From Nemertoderma westbladi (taxonomy: Eukaryota > Animalia > Xenacoelomorpha): a stretch of DNA of 64,000 nt. Positions within the stretch are counted from its first letter, which is position 1; every line of letters begins with the position of its first letter. The translations under genes and the position numbers were made by a program. The notes under the pieces are model-generated. The model was not told the DNA's origin and did not search any database. It was given only the letters and a program-made list of their open reading frames with translations. Below, one piece after another: positions 14,530-27,917 of this stretch. The DNA lies in NCBI GenBank assembly GCA_032718475.1, contig JAUCBJ010009017.1:18067-82066 (forward strand), written 5' to 3'.

Positions 14530-16567
14530 GCCGCCGCAAAGGAGAGGAGAAAAAGTGCCGAATCTTTGTTAGCCGAGAAAGTGCCGAATGGTAAGTTCAG
14601 TTGAGAGAAAAATACGTGGGCGTTGCGTTGTGAGGTTCACAGTTTAATCGTAATTTATATTATTTAAATTTTTATATTATTCTTATTTAAAGTTAATTAA
14701 AATAAGCCAGCATATGCTGTGTGCATATATCCTTTGTGGGACCTTTGTACAGGACAATCCAAACAAGCTTAGCTTACGGGTTTATGTTATTTCAACCGCT
14801 GCGCTGGCTTGTTGCCCTCCTGCGGGAAACTGGATAACTGCTGAGTCACTCAAATTATATTTCAGATTTTTGAGAAACCACTTGTGTATCAAGTTTTGTT
14901 GTGTGTTTGTTTTGTTGTTTGTTTTGTTGTGTATCAAGTTTTGTACCGTGGCAACTACCAGACCTATTTACATGGTTCCTATTTACATATAAAATGTGAA
15001 CTTTTCAGGACAAGTGAAGGAATTACAGCGGGAATTAGATGACGTTTCTAGACAACGAGATGAAATGGGGGCTTCTAAGGAAGCGGAGAGAAAGGCGAGA
15101 TCATTGGAAGGCGATATCAACCCGCTTCAAGATGTTAGTTATAGGCCTAATTCTAATAAAAATAAATAAATAATTATCTATATTAAAATATATAACCCCC
15201 AACTCAGGCAACAACTATTACTATCTCAGCTATTGTGCTGCTGCCGTTCCCACACCGTACACCCCAATTTACGTTATTTATTTAAGGTAAGGAACAGGTT
15301 ACTGTGGCACGCTATTCTAACCAAAACAATAAACTAAAGTCAATAGAACACGACCCCCTCCATAATCCATATCTGTAACAAATTATGAAGCGGTGATTGG
15401 TAACCTAATTCAATAACGATTTGTCTTTAATATTATTATCTTGATTTTTTTAATTGAATTAATTTTAATTATTGTGGGTTTTATCGGTTGTTACATCTAC
15501 TACTCTACAGGAACGTAGTGCAACGGAGCAACAACGACAACAAATAGCGGTTGAGGATGAGCGAGACGAGTTGGCGGAAGAGACGGCCGGGATAGCTAGT
15601 AACCGTGGCAACGCACTCGACGAGAAACGCCGACTCGAGTTGGAGAACCACCGACACGAGTTTCAGAAACAAAGACTCGAGTTGGAGAAACGCCGACTCG
15701 AGTCGAAAATACAAAAGTTGGAAAACGATCTGGAGGATGAGCGATCATTTGTATCGTCGGTTCCAAGAAAAGTTAGAATGTTCAAATATATATTTCTATC
15801 TAATAATATTTGTCGCTATCAGTTATTGTTTAAGTTTAGGTAATCCTACATCAAACTTTGTGTTGCAGGTCGAACAAGTCGCAGCAGCAAGTAGATACGC
15901 TGACCACTGCCCTAGCAACCGAACGATCTATCACGCAGAAGCTTGAAAACGACAGACTCATGTTGGAACGACAGATTCGCGACCTCAAGCAGAAGCTGCA
16001 AGACGTCGCGAATCGAGAGCAACGATCCAGGGACTGGAGCAGAAGCTCAACCAGGAAGATGATATGAACAAGGAGCAGGTAGGTGGAGGTGTACAACTCT
16101 TAAACACCTCCCAGTGGGTTGTCGATCACATAAACTGCAGCTGGTTTGGGTTATAAACACCCACAATCTCTCTGGTTGCACGATTTATCAATGAATATAC
16201 GTTAGAGGTTACAGCCCAAACAATTATAACTCTATTGGTTGCAACCCAGATGTGATCCCATTGGTTACTAAAATCCAACCCGGCTGACTTACATATTGTA
16301 GCGACAACTATTATACCTAACAACAGTTACACATACACAGTTTGTTGTTGTTCAATTAGATATCCTAGGTTACTGGATTACAATTAATTTGTTGTTGATT
16401 AGGTTGATATATACAAGCACCGGCTGAAAGCGAAGAAGAGGCAGTTGGAAGAAACAGAGGATGAAACAACTCTACGTAGCAAAGCCAGGTTCCGACGCGA
16501 TCTTCGAGAGATAGAAGACACCCTTGCAGACACCAGCGACGGTGGGGACACATCCGACGGTGACTAA
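14530..16567 (+). pseudogene. Degenerate multi-exon fragment of a non-muscle myosin II heavy chain coiled-coil tail
   Basis: Exon-like blocks 15009-15133 (QVKELQRELDD...EAERKARSLEGD), 15511-~15770 (EDERDELAEE...ALDEKRRLE), 15869-~16080 (QVDTLTTALATERS...LERQIRDLKQKLQ) and ~16417-16567 (RLKAKKRQLEETEDE) follow the order of the MYH9/zipper tail; AG/GT borders; frameshift near 16010; no motor domain. Confidence 0.7.
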
Positions 16568-19210
16568 GATTAGTTGCCTAGCAACCAGACACACAAACTA
16601 TTCCCGCACATGGCTGCTCTTATTCTGCTGAAGCTTCTTCTGCTGATGATAGTATATATTTAATTAATTAAACCATCCTAATATCATATTCCACAAATAG
16701 AATGAAAATCCAGAAATATCCTAGTGTGGTGCCAGTGTTGTTGTAGGTTTAGAAGTCTATTGATTTTCGTCTCCTTTGGTATGAATCACATACGTAAAGG
16801 TTTTGGTTAATAGCTAAAGAAATTATTGTTAAAAACCAATAATTAGCGACCCAATCATTCAATTAAGAGTCCCTATTAGAGCTTGTGACGTCACATCATT
16901 ATGATTTTTTATAAATAGTTTTCATTAATAACATTCACTGGATGTAAAATGTTATTTGTATTGATTTCGGTTTATGATTTAATGATAAATTATCGACTAT
17001 ATTGTGGAATTTGTTTGGTTTCAATTATTTGACGCGATTTTAGGAAATTCAGCGTTTGAATCATTCCAAGATAGACTATTTATCCGTATTAATAATTGTA
17101 TTGGCGTAGAAACTTGTGCTATTTTGTACTATGTAACTTGTACTATGAAACTATGTTATTATAAAATAATTATATTATTATATTTACTATTATATTATTT
17201 ACAGTGATTTGAGTATTATAATATTGGATACAGAATGACGTCACTTTAACTTTTTGTTATGTTTATTGAAGGCGCACATCACAATTGGAAAATAAAAGGT
17301 TGTGGAAATATACATTCTGAAAATCGCGAATTCATACAACAAGGGAGACACCCCCCCCCCCCCCCCATTTTTGCGGTAGCTAATATAATTGTGCTACAGC
17401 CACGTTTTATTTACTACCTCTAACAACTATTATAGTCCAAAATTCAGTGACCCTTGTGGTGTAATAATTAATGTTTGCAAAATGTTACCCATCGGGGACA
17501 CCATTATTGTGTTACCCAGTGTAAAATTTATATGACATATGGTGCATATGTATTACACCGGGGACAGTCTACCAAATTTGTCATTATTGCGCGGTTGACA
17601 CTATTATTGTTGTTACCTAGTATATTTAACTGAGCTGCTGAGTGTTGATGGTGGACCGGACCCCATCTCCATATACGAGCTCTACAAAATGTATTACGAA
17701 CACAATGTGAATACTAGCTCCTATTGTAAGACCGCTATAAGATAGAGTCTTTGAAGGAATGTAATTTGGTGGGGTTGAATTAAAACATTACGGTGCGATA
17801 TACAGAAAAGTGCCTGTCGTATTCGCCCAAATACGGCAGTATAACTCTGGGTTCAGAGAACGTGTACATATTGACAGGCGGCAATCCCCTGATACATTAC
17901 CAAGCATGTGTTTGATATAAATATTAGATTTCTACTTCCATACAATTCTCATTGATTCCGCAGGTCAATGTTATAATTAAAACAGTCAATTTGATATGTT
18001 CTTCCGATTCTATAGGCGGCTTACACACCAACTCCCACCCTACAGCCCTATTTATCCCAATCCATCAATTTTTGTCACAGGTGTGGTCTGAGGATACTAC
18101 ATTATACAAAATGAGTTTTCCATCCTGATAACTCTGTTTAATTTGACAATGTTTATAATAATACCATAAGCATCAAACAGTCTTGCAATGTAATAAATCT
18201 GCCCAAAAACTCATTGAACCGGAAGGACGCCCCGGGCTGACAACATAAATCAAAGCTAAAGTAAACATTATCTCTCCTTCATAGACTTATGTCTTCAATA
18301 TACTACCCAGAGATAGTCAGTCCCAGGCTATACAAAATTAGTTACCTCGGAGACAGCAGCTACTACAGAGTATTACATAACACAAATCCATTTACTATAA
18401 CATTGCCTTTCTTTCCATTTCTTTGTCACATTTTCTCAGTTACCCCCCCCCCCCACACCCCACCCCACCCCTAAGCAGTCTCATCAAACCACCTGAATTA
18501 TTGCAGGAGTTAAAAGTATCACATTGTCCTAATCCAAATCAACTTGAGATACAAAGAACAATGTTTATTTATTTATTTTTCAGATACATCGCCAACACTT
18601 TCTTCTTTATGCTCATATTAAGTATACCGTAAAAATCTTAACCCAGTGGCCCCCAACTGTAAGAAATGTACATACGCCAAATGTCAATATGTGCGCCGCC
18701 TCGTCGGATTCCGAGTGGCCCACACCCGCCCAGGTGTGCCCACTGCGGATCTTCCGTAGTAAACCAATTTGGTCAGGTCAAATCCAAACATTCACTGGAG
18801 ATCACCAAATGGGGCGCTATGTGAAGTACCGTGCAGACACGATGATACAGAAAAGTAGCAAAACTGGATTAATTTTTTTGTAAATAAATAAAGTTTCTCA
18901 AAACCCAACGTTTTATAGGACTATTATTCGATAAAATAAAAGTAAGCGGAAAATATCGCTATTTTCACTCATTATAAATTTAGCGAAATTCAACTATTAT
19001 GTACGAGTGGTTGAGTTTTACACGAGCCGGCAGGTTTTTGGCACGAGCGAAGCGAATGTTAAAATGCCAACGAGATTTTTTTTTTTCAGAAAAAATAACC
19101 ATTCCTATATTGCATGAAGCTTGTTATAGTGATAGTATATATTTAATTTATTAAACCATCCTAATATCATATTCCACAAATAGAATGAAAATCCAGAAAT
19201 ATCCAGAAAT

Positions 19211-20990
19211 AAATTTGTACGTTTTTGTCCGTCTTTTTTGGAAAACTTACTTCCGAAATGTTTAATTCGACAACGCGGGTAGGAATCCACTAATTCTTTT
19301 ATGAAACTCGTAGAAGACCATTGGGGCTACGTTCCTATCGAATGGGGGTACAAAAAATATGTCGGCAATAGGGGCCAAAAAGGGCCAGAATTTGTAAAGT
19401 AGTTTTTATCGAATAATTTTTTATTTTTAACTTTAGTTGGTTAAGGTACATTCTATACAGTCAATATCCATACGGGGAATTCAAATATGCTATCGGTTTT
19501 GCTCCAAGGATGATATTAAAAAAATAAGGGCCAAAATTATAATTTCGCGCTTCAAACTTGCTTCGCGGGAAATCGTCTAGCTCGAAAACTACTTAACTTA
19601 CGGGAGATTTGTTTACACAGACTTATAGTGCGTTAAATTATCTATCTAACAGCGTTAATCACAGCGCCGGAGGTATTATAAAACTGGAGCGGCAGGCGAT
19701 CGTGTGAAATATAATATTTATAAAAAAGGGACGAAAAACGTTTTTTTCTTAATAATCTGCTGTTCTATTATAATTTAGCTCTTTGCGCCTAAACTACCTG
19801 TAAAATGTAGCAAATTAACTCCGCTATCTTTTATCTTAACATATATAATTAAAATAACGAGTTTTAAGGGTCGAAAAATATCGCGTAATTTTGGCCCTTT
19901 TTTTTCATTTTTTTTTGGGGCCAAAAATGACCCCCTCTCAAAAGATAGAAAAAAAAATTACGGCAAAGAATATACAAATTTTATTGAATTTGGACCATCA
20001 GAACCGAAGTTAGAGCGATTTTAGTGAAAAAATAAAAATAATTTTTTAACAAAAAAATAAGAATGGCCAATATTGGATTTCGTACCCACGAACTTAGGTT
20101 TCATTAACATGATTGATAACCACTAGACTACGTGACCAAGTGAATTTGAAATTTTCGAGTGACTATTTTTAAACATCAATAACTTCGGTTCTATTGGGCC
20201 GTTTGATCTGAATCTTTTTTCATTGGATAGAGGATAGATTGTAGTGTGTGAAACTAGGATACAACTTGGGAAAAGACGCATGTGCACTTAGTGCAAAATG
20301 CACTTAAATAGTGGACATTTTTTCGATATTTCAAACACTATTATTTCCAGTTCCATTCATCGTAGAATGTTATTTTTTGGATTAAAATGTAGTTTGGAAT
20401 GATTTCTAACTATAATCGTAACATTTGTTTAACTTTTTATGTCTATAAAGTGACTTAAAATGTCCATGAATATGGTCCAAAATCGCAAATGTCGCGATTT
20501 ATTAAATTGGATTTTTGACACTTTTAGCGACTGACACTTGATCATGCACCATCGTAGATCGGAAGAGAATAGACATAAGTGTGTTAAATAGGAACCACCT
20601 TTAGGATCCGCTAAAGTGCACTTGTGCAAATATGTGTGCAAATGTGCAATTTTTTTTAATAAGGTCAAATGGTGTATTATTGGGTTCTTTTAATATGTTG
20701 TATGGACCTTACTGAGCGCATTAGGAGTATGTGTACAAATAACCGGTCCTTATAAGGGTTCAATTGTATAAATTAATAATAAATAAGGTTGTAATATTCT
20801 AAAAACCAGTGTGATCTTAAATGAACTTTAAACAATAAATAGAAATCAGATAACAAATGGACCACACAATTTATTAAAAAAACTCGCACCTCTTCGGACT
20901 TAATATATGGCTTCAATTTTATTCAACAGTGGATATTTGGGGGAAGTTAGATAAACTGCATTTATGCAGTGAATCTAACTTCCCCCTTCA
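19211..20990. repeat. Copy A of a ~1.8-kb dispersed non-coding repeat (probably a non-autonomous DNA-transposon-like element)
   Basis: Colinear direct repeat of 22173-24003, from AAATTTGTACGTTTTTGTCC to TGCATTTATGCAGTGAATC. Confidence 0.85.
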
Positions 20991-22172
20991 TGATATAATA
21001 TAACAAAGACACACTCTTTGGAGGACCCGTTGTTTACTATGTAGACTTTGTTCAACCTAAACAACTTAAGTCAGATTAACAATATTATCCTGTAAAATTT
21101 CTAAGCAATGACTGGTATGAATAATGCTGATCTTCGAACTATGGTTCTGTAATTAAATTTTATTACTTCAACTTTTATGCGGATTTACCAGTGAAAGAAA
21201 CCTAGAATCCATTATCACAATGTAACAGTATCAATAACCATATCTATTCTATGTAGATCATAAGAGAGACATCCTTGATTCATATATTATAATTTCCGAG
21301 CTGAAATGTTTCGGTGACTATAACTTACAGGCTTCGTATTATGTACAAACGACTGAGTAGTATATATTAATATTAATGGGTTACCGGTATATAGAACGAG
21401 TGTAGACTGGGAGCGAAAATATATTACATACAATTTCGAGTAATATAAAATTAACGAGTCCAGTTCGTCTCCCCTCGTGTCATTCGACGCATACCCCCCC
21501 CCCCCCCCCCCCCCCTCCACACTTTTCCCTTTACCTCGTGGTCTTTCTTTAAGTATAACTTCATTTTGGGTCCACCTTGGTGGGATAAATATTTCTCCAT
21601 TTGACGCAACACCGCCGCGGCCGCTATGAGGGAGGTGAATACCGCGGCCGCTCCTAAAGCCGCAGGCCATCGCTAACTATATAGGTTAACTTGGGATTCT
21701 GGGGGACTTTTCGATGAAGGAACTGACCAAATTTTTTTATTTTCTCACCAGGGGAGCGGCTCGGAATTCTAAGATATTAGCAACTCTAACATTATTAAAT
21801 CTAACCCTTCGACGGACACGGCGGACAAAAATCCGTCATTTTTTCGACAATTTTAAAATTTTTTTAAAAGGCGCTCTACAGTGGCTCGAAAAAACCCTAG
21901 GTTATTGCTTAGCCGACGCCGGGATACGATAGAAGGGATTAATTAGTGAATTCGTTTTTTTTTTCAAAAAAGATTACCACGCCTTTTTTTCGAAAATGTC
22001 CGTCAAAGTTGAAAAAACGGACAAAATGACTTTGCGGGATCCGCTATAACTCGGCTAATATTAATCGTACGGGGACGAAAGTAACGCGGTTGGAAAGGGG
22101 AAGAGTGGTACTACCTTCGTATCGAATGGGAGTAAGATATTTATTAAAATTTCGGGTGGAAAAAGCGGCTGT

Positions 22173-24003
22173 AAATTTGTACGTTTTTGTCCGTCTTTTT
22201 TGGAAAACTTATTTCCGAAATGTTTAATTCGACAACGCGGGTAGGAATCCACTAATTATTTTATGAAACTCGTAGAAGACCATTGGGGCTACGTTCCTAT
22301 CGAATGGGGGTACAAAAAATATGTCGGCAATAGGGGCCAAAAAGGGCCAGAATTTGTAAATAAGTTTTTATCGAATAATTTTTTATTTTTAACTTTAGTT
22401 GGTTAAGGTACATTCTATACAGTCAATATCCATACGGGGAATTCAAATATGCTATCGGTTTTGCTCCAAGGATGATATTAAAAAAATGAGGGCCAAAGTT
22501 ATAATTTCGCGCTTCGCGGGAAATCGTCTAGCTCGAAAACTACTTAACTTACGGGAGATTTGTTTACACAGACAGTGCGTTCAATTATCTATCTAACAGC
22601 GTTAATCACAGCGCCGGAGGTATTATAAAACTGGAGCGGCAGGCGATCGCGTGAAATATAATATTTATAAAAAGGGACGAAAAATTTTTTTTTTTAACAA
22701 ATCGCTATTCCATTATTATTTAGCGTATTGCGCCAAAAGTACCTGTAAAAAGTATCAAATTAACTCCGCTATCTTTTATCTTAACATATATAATTAAAAT
22801 TACGAATTTTAAGGGTCGAAAAACATCGCGTTATTTTGGCCCTTTTCTTTAATTTTTTTGGGGCCAAAAATAACCCCTTCTCAAAAGATTAAGAAAAAAA
22901 TTACGGCAAAGAATATACCAATTTTATTGAATTTGGACCACCAGAACCGAAGTTAGAGCGATTTTAGTGAAAAAATAAAAATAATTTTTTTTGCAAAAAA
23001 ATTAAGAATGGTCAGGTCAATATTGGATTTCGAACCCGCGAACTTAGGTTTCATTAACGTGATTGATAACCACTACACTATGTGACCAAGAGAATTTGAA
23101 ATTTTCGAGTGACTATTTTTAAACATAAATAACTTCGGTTCTACAGGGCCGTTTAATCTGAAACTTTTTTCATTGGATAGAGGATAGATTGTAGTGTGTG
23201 AAATAGGATAAAACTTGGGAAAAGACTTATGTGCACTTAGTGCAAAATGCACTTAAATAGTGAACATTTTTTTTCGATATTTCAAACACTATTATTTCCA
23301 GTTCTATTCATCGTAGAATGTTATTTTTTGGATTAAAATGTAGTTTGGAATGATTTCTAACTATAATCGTAACATTTGTTTAACTTTTTATGTCTATAAA
23401 GTGACTTAAAATGTCCATGAATATGGTCCAAAATCGCAAATCCAGATTTATTAAATTGGATTTTTGACACTTTTAGCGACTGACACTTGATCATACACCA
23501 TCGTAGATCGGTAGATGATAAACATAAGTTTGTTAAATAAGAGCCACCATTACGATCTGCTAAAGTGCATTTGTACAAATAAGTGTGCAAAAGTGCAAAT
23601 TTTTTAATAAGGTCAAATTATATAGTATTGGGTTATTTTCTTTGCAGATCATTTTATTTTCATATTAATATGTTGTTTGAACCTTACTGAGCGCATTAGG
23701 GGATATGCGTACAAATAACCGGCCCTTATGAGGCTTCGATTGGGTAAATTAATAAAATATAAGGTTGTATAGTATAATATTCTAAAAACCAGTGTGATAT
23801 TAAATGCACTTTAAATAATAAATAGAAATCAAATAACAATTGGACCACACAATTAAAAACTCGCACAATTTTGTACTTATTATATCGCTTCAAATTAATT
23901 CAACAGTGGATATTTGGGGGAAGGGGGAAGTTACAGTGTGCATTCGGGGGAAGTTTGGTGAACTGCATTTATGCAGTGAATCCAAACTCCCCCCTTTGAT
24001 ATA
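22173..24003. repeat. Copy B of the ~1.8-kb dispersed repeat
   Basis: Direct repeat of 19211-20990 with scattered substitutions and small indels. Confidence 0.85.
23025..23087 (-). other. tRNA-derived Pol III A-box/B-box module inside the repeat (second copy at 20075-20137); not an intact tRNA
   Basis: Minus strand reads GGTCACATAGTGTAGTGGTTATC...GCGGGTTCGAAATCC; no complete acceptor or anticodon stem. Confidence 0.55.
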
Positions 24004-25792
24004 TCATATACTTAAGACATGCTAGGGTGACGGGGAAATATTTGTTACTGTCACACTTTGCTTCCATTTATCCTATCCTTTATTATTACCCCAGTCAGAT
24101 AAGAGATAATAAATCAGTAAAAACTAAACTGTCTTTCATGCAAACAAATTTCTAATTAAAGACGGGTGAATGACCATGACCATGGAAATAATTTTAAATA
24201 TAATTGTATATCAACTATTTGGGGAGGCTTCCAAGTTAAACCCGAAAACAATTATTTTGTTACATAGTAAATAACGTTGTATGTTCTTCTTCCTCTCATA
24301 ATAAAATATAAATGAAATATCTCAGATCGCTATGCCCTGTAACATTTCACAACCAAAATATTTAAGTGTGAAAAGTGTAGGCCTACCACACTCCGCCCAA
24401 ACAACCGCAAACGCATAGCCAACAAATTTAACAAAAGTTTACATACATGTTGGGTTCATGACGAGATGAGTGAAAATTGATCGCGTAATATAAAGTAAAA
24501 AATTAAGAGACGGGCTGGCTCTCCTCCACTTTCTTACCCAATGGATATGTTGTTGTAATAATCTAATATTGGGGCGGCTTTCTCTCGTTATCCAAGGCGG
24601 TAATCAGGCCCTGCTTACGGAGGCTAGTATACAAAGAGACAATAAACCAACGTTGCCGTGTTTTATGTAGGTAACTACCGCTATAATTATTTTTAACCAA
24701 TAATGGATCAATGAGACCGCCAGTGTAATCAGGACTGAATGAAAAAACGATCTTTACTATTATCACTGATTCTAAAAAGTGATTCTAAACAGTGTTGGTG
24801 TTTTAGAATTAATCAACACCAAACGTTAGACTTGAGCAGCCAACTGTAACAAGTCATAGGTTAACACTGGCGTAATCTCCCCAAATGAATATACACTAGG
24901 TTGTTAATTTCAAATTTCCAGCGTCAATCATCAACCGTGACACGCGACACGTCAACGCCACGACATATTGCGAAGGCGCAAGTAAAATATTAACATTGTT
25001 ATATGTATACAAGAAAAGGTTGGATTGATCTTTTAAAAATTGAGTTGAATTTCCTGACACGTATAAAATTTGGAAGGCGTTAGATTTCAACGCATGAAAT
25101 TATCATACATACCACTTGTGGTAGGTCTACTGTACATGCCTGTCAGGTATGGGTAAGTCCACTACCCACATTCAATATATACAGTACATGGGCTACAACT
25201 ACAGTATATACCGTGCGCGTATATGTTTTTCATCCGCTTTTACGTAATTGTACGAAATAATACTTATTTGCAATTAAATCCAAATCGAAGAGTACCTGAA
25301 CTAAACTGCTAGCTATTTTCTGATCTCGAAATTGGAATTAATTTTTAATATCTTTGCTGGTGCATGTGTCTACACAGATCCAACACATTTGTTTTAGACG
25401 CCCTATTAAAGTTAAAAAATTTCTGAAAATAGAGAATTATTTGTCTTTTATAAAAATGAGAAATCATTATTAGAGATTTTTGTCTAAATATTACATGTCA
25501 TGTCATTTACTGCACACAGTGCACAGTGCACAGACATAGTGTAAATTTAAATTGGCCGCTATAATCACCACCTTAAAAAAGCACTGCTATGATAATCGTA
25601 ATTGACCAATCAATGACAACAGGTGTCTAAGAACCACACCAAATACCAGTATCACTGAGCACTGTACCAGTACCGGTACCTCATTCTCAACTAAATACAT
25701 TTCAGCATTAGGCTACTAAACTGTTCAACAGTTTCAGAGGTTACCAGTACAGGAGTCAGGGAGTAGGCCTGCTGAAATATTTACAAAACAAA

Positions 25793-25854
25793 ATGGGCTT
25801 TCAAAACATTTGGCACAGTCATCCTAAGAAATATGGGCAAGGAGCGAGACGTTG
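25793..25854 (+). CDS. RPS29: 40S ribosomal protein S29 (uS14), coding exon 1
   Basis: ATG...MGFQNIWHSHPKKYGQGARR+TG followed by a GTAAGT donor; matches the RPS29 N-terminus (WxSHPxKxGQG). Confidence 0.93.
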
Positions 25855-26342
25855 GTAAGTAGCCCAATTAAACTAAACTAATACCGGTACTGTACTGCTG
25901 TAAGCCCTAATTATTACTGAATAGGCCTACTGCAACTGCAATAGGCTGATAGGTACAGCAATCAATACCTGACAGCCCAGCAGCCTGACGCTGACAGCAT
26001 GATGACTGCCCACTGCTGAATTTCAGACTGAATAGGCTAGTTTATACTGGCTGACCGGCAGATCCTGAGATCAGCAGATCGTTATCTGGTCATCTCATAC
26101 CAGCATACTGTCATAGGGCATAGCCTAGCGCTGTCAGGCTGTGTAGCGGCATAGGGAGGTAGGGTAGGCCTACCGGTACCGGTACCGTACCGGCAGACCG
26201 GTACGCTGCAGCGCTGACCACGACGTCTTTTGTATTCTTTTGTACTATTTTGTATTTTTTTGTAGGGCCTACTTTTTTGTACAAATTCGTCGTACCCGCC
26301 TACAGCTGTACAGTGAGGCCTACTTACTAGGCCTACAGTACT

Positions 26343-27590
26343 ACCATGGTGTAGGCTACTAAATAACAGGTCCCATGCAGCGAGTGGATTGCTGAAATTA
26401 CTGAATTCAGAATTAGCGGTCTCTTCCCTATTTATGGCACTATTTTCATAATATTTCCTTAGAAACTTCTTTTATGCTACTTGTGTTAGTGTTAGCGTTA
26501 GGTTGATATAATGACTAGGGTCCAACGGTCCATCAGTCCATAGAGATGTAATAAAATGTCTTTCTGGAAGTTTTATCTTATAGTCAGATAGTTGCCAAGG
26601 TAACCGGGTGCAAATTTCAAACTTTGCGCACCTGTCAGCCTGTATTTCAAGGCGACAATGGATTCTTCTTTCCTTGAGATTTGGTAAGTGATTAAAGGAA
26701 ATAAAAGACTATCAAAATATTTTACATTTGAATTTGTTTACATTCCCGTTGCTATGGAAATAAGTATAATGCTGTAATGAAAAATTTGAAAAATTGTCTG
26801 CCAATTCTATAAAACACCATTTTTATTCCACTGTATTCGGTTTGTCAGTCTAAATAATAAGTTAAAATTGCCAACATCTTATTTTATAATTCGTCAATTG
26901 TGAATCATATTTCTAAGAGATGAAGAGTCTAAAAGTCAATATTTGCCAATAAACAGATAAACTAAACTGCCCAATCGGTGAGCAAGACCCGTGATAGCAT
27001 GATTTCAGGATTTTGACATTCCAGAATATTTAATTTCGGTTAGCAATTATTAGAAATAAAGGACAGCCACCAGGCAGCCAGGCGCAGACATGTTTGTTGA
27101 AAATTATATAAGTCATTAAGTAGTAAATAGTAACCCAATTTCTATCTGGCGGTCATAATGCGAAATTCTCGTAATTCCCCGTCACCATGGAAACGGGATT
27201 GAAAACACATTTATGTGTAAAATATTTTGATAGGCCTAGACTTTTATTCCCTTTACTCATATATATAGGCCTACCAAATCTCAAGAACAGAATCCTTTGT
27301 CGTCTTGAATTACAGGCGCTCGAAATTTGAACTTTTGCACCCGGTTACCGTAGCAACTACCAGACTACAAGATAAAAATTCCAGAAAGACATATTATTAC
27401 ATTGCTTTGAGAGTATGAATCCTAGTCATCCTCATCATATCCACCTAACCAAATTAGCACAAGCACATAAGAAGTTTCTAAGGAAATATTATAAAAAAAA
27501 GTGCCATAAACTGATAAATATGGAAAGATCGGCCCACGCTAATTTCAGCAATCCGCTCGCTGCTTGACCTGTTATTTAGTACACCTTGGT
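26343..27590. mobile_element. Foldback/MITE-like non-autonomous element with ~400-bp imperfect terminal inverted repeats, in the RPS29 intron
   Basis: 26343-~26762 is the reverse complement of ~27177-27590 (ACCA[T/A]GGTG...TACTAAATAACAGGTC...GGATTGCTGAAATT); a second copy starts at 57660. Confidence 0.8.
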
Positions 27591-27719
27591 TACTACCACA
27601 GCTAGACTATGATAAGCGGACAATTCAATCAATTAATTAAATCAATCTACGGGATAATGCAGAGTAAGATCACGATCACGACACGACCCGTGCAGTAGAC
27701 AGGTCACCTAGTGTCAGAC

Positions 27720-27917
27720 AATCTGATAGTACCGGTAGTACCGGTGACTAAATCTGACAGTACCGGTAATACCGGTGACTAATAATCTGACAGTACCCCG
27801 GTACCGGTAGTACCGGTGACTAATAATCTGACAGTACCGGTAGTACCGCAGTACCGGTGACTAATAATCTGACAGTACCCCGGTAGTACCGGTGACTAAA
27901 TCTGACAGTACCGGTAG
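27720..27917. repeat. ~32-35-bp minisatellite (GTACCGGTGACTAATAATCTGACA core), left part
   Basis: Same units resume at 39913 after the LTR element. Confidence 0.9.

Noticed and set aside
17540-18890. Possible decayed transposase sequence
   Set aside because: No recognisable motif or sustained reading frame by eye
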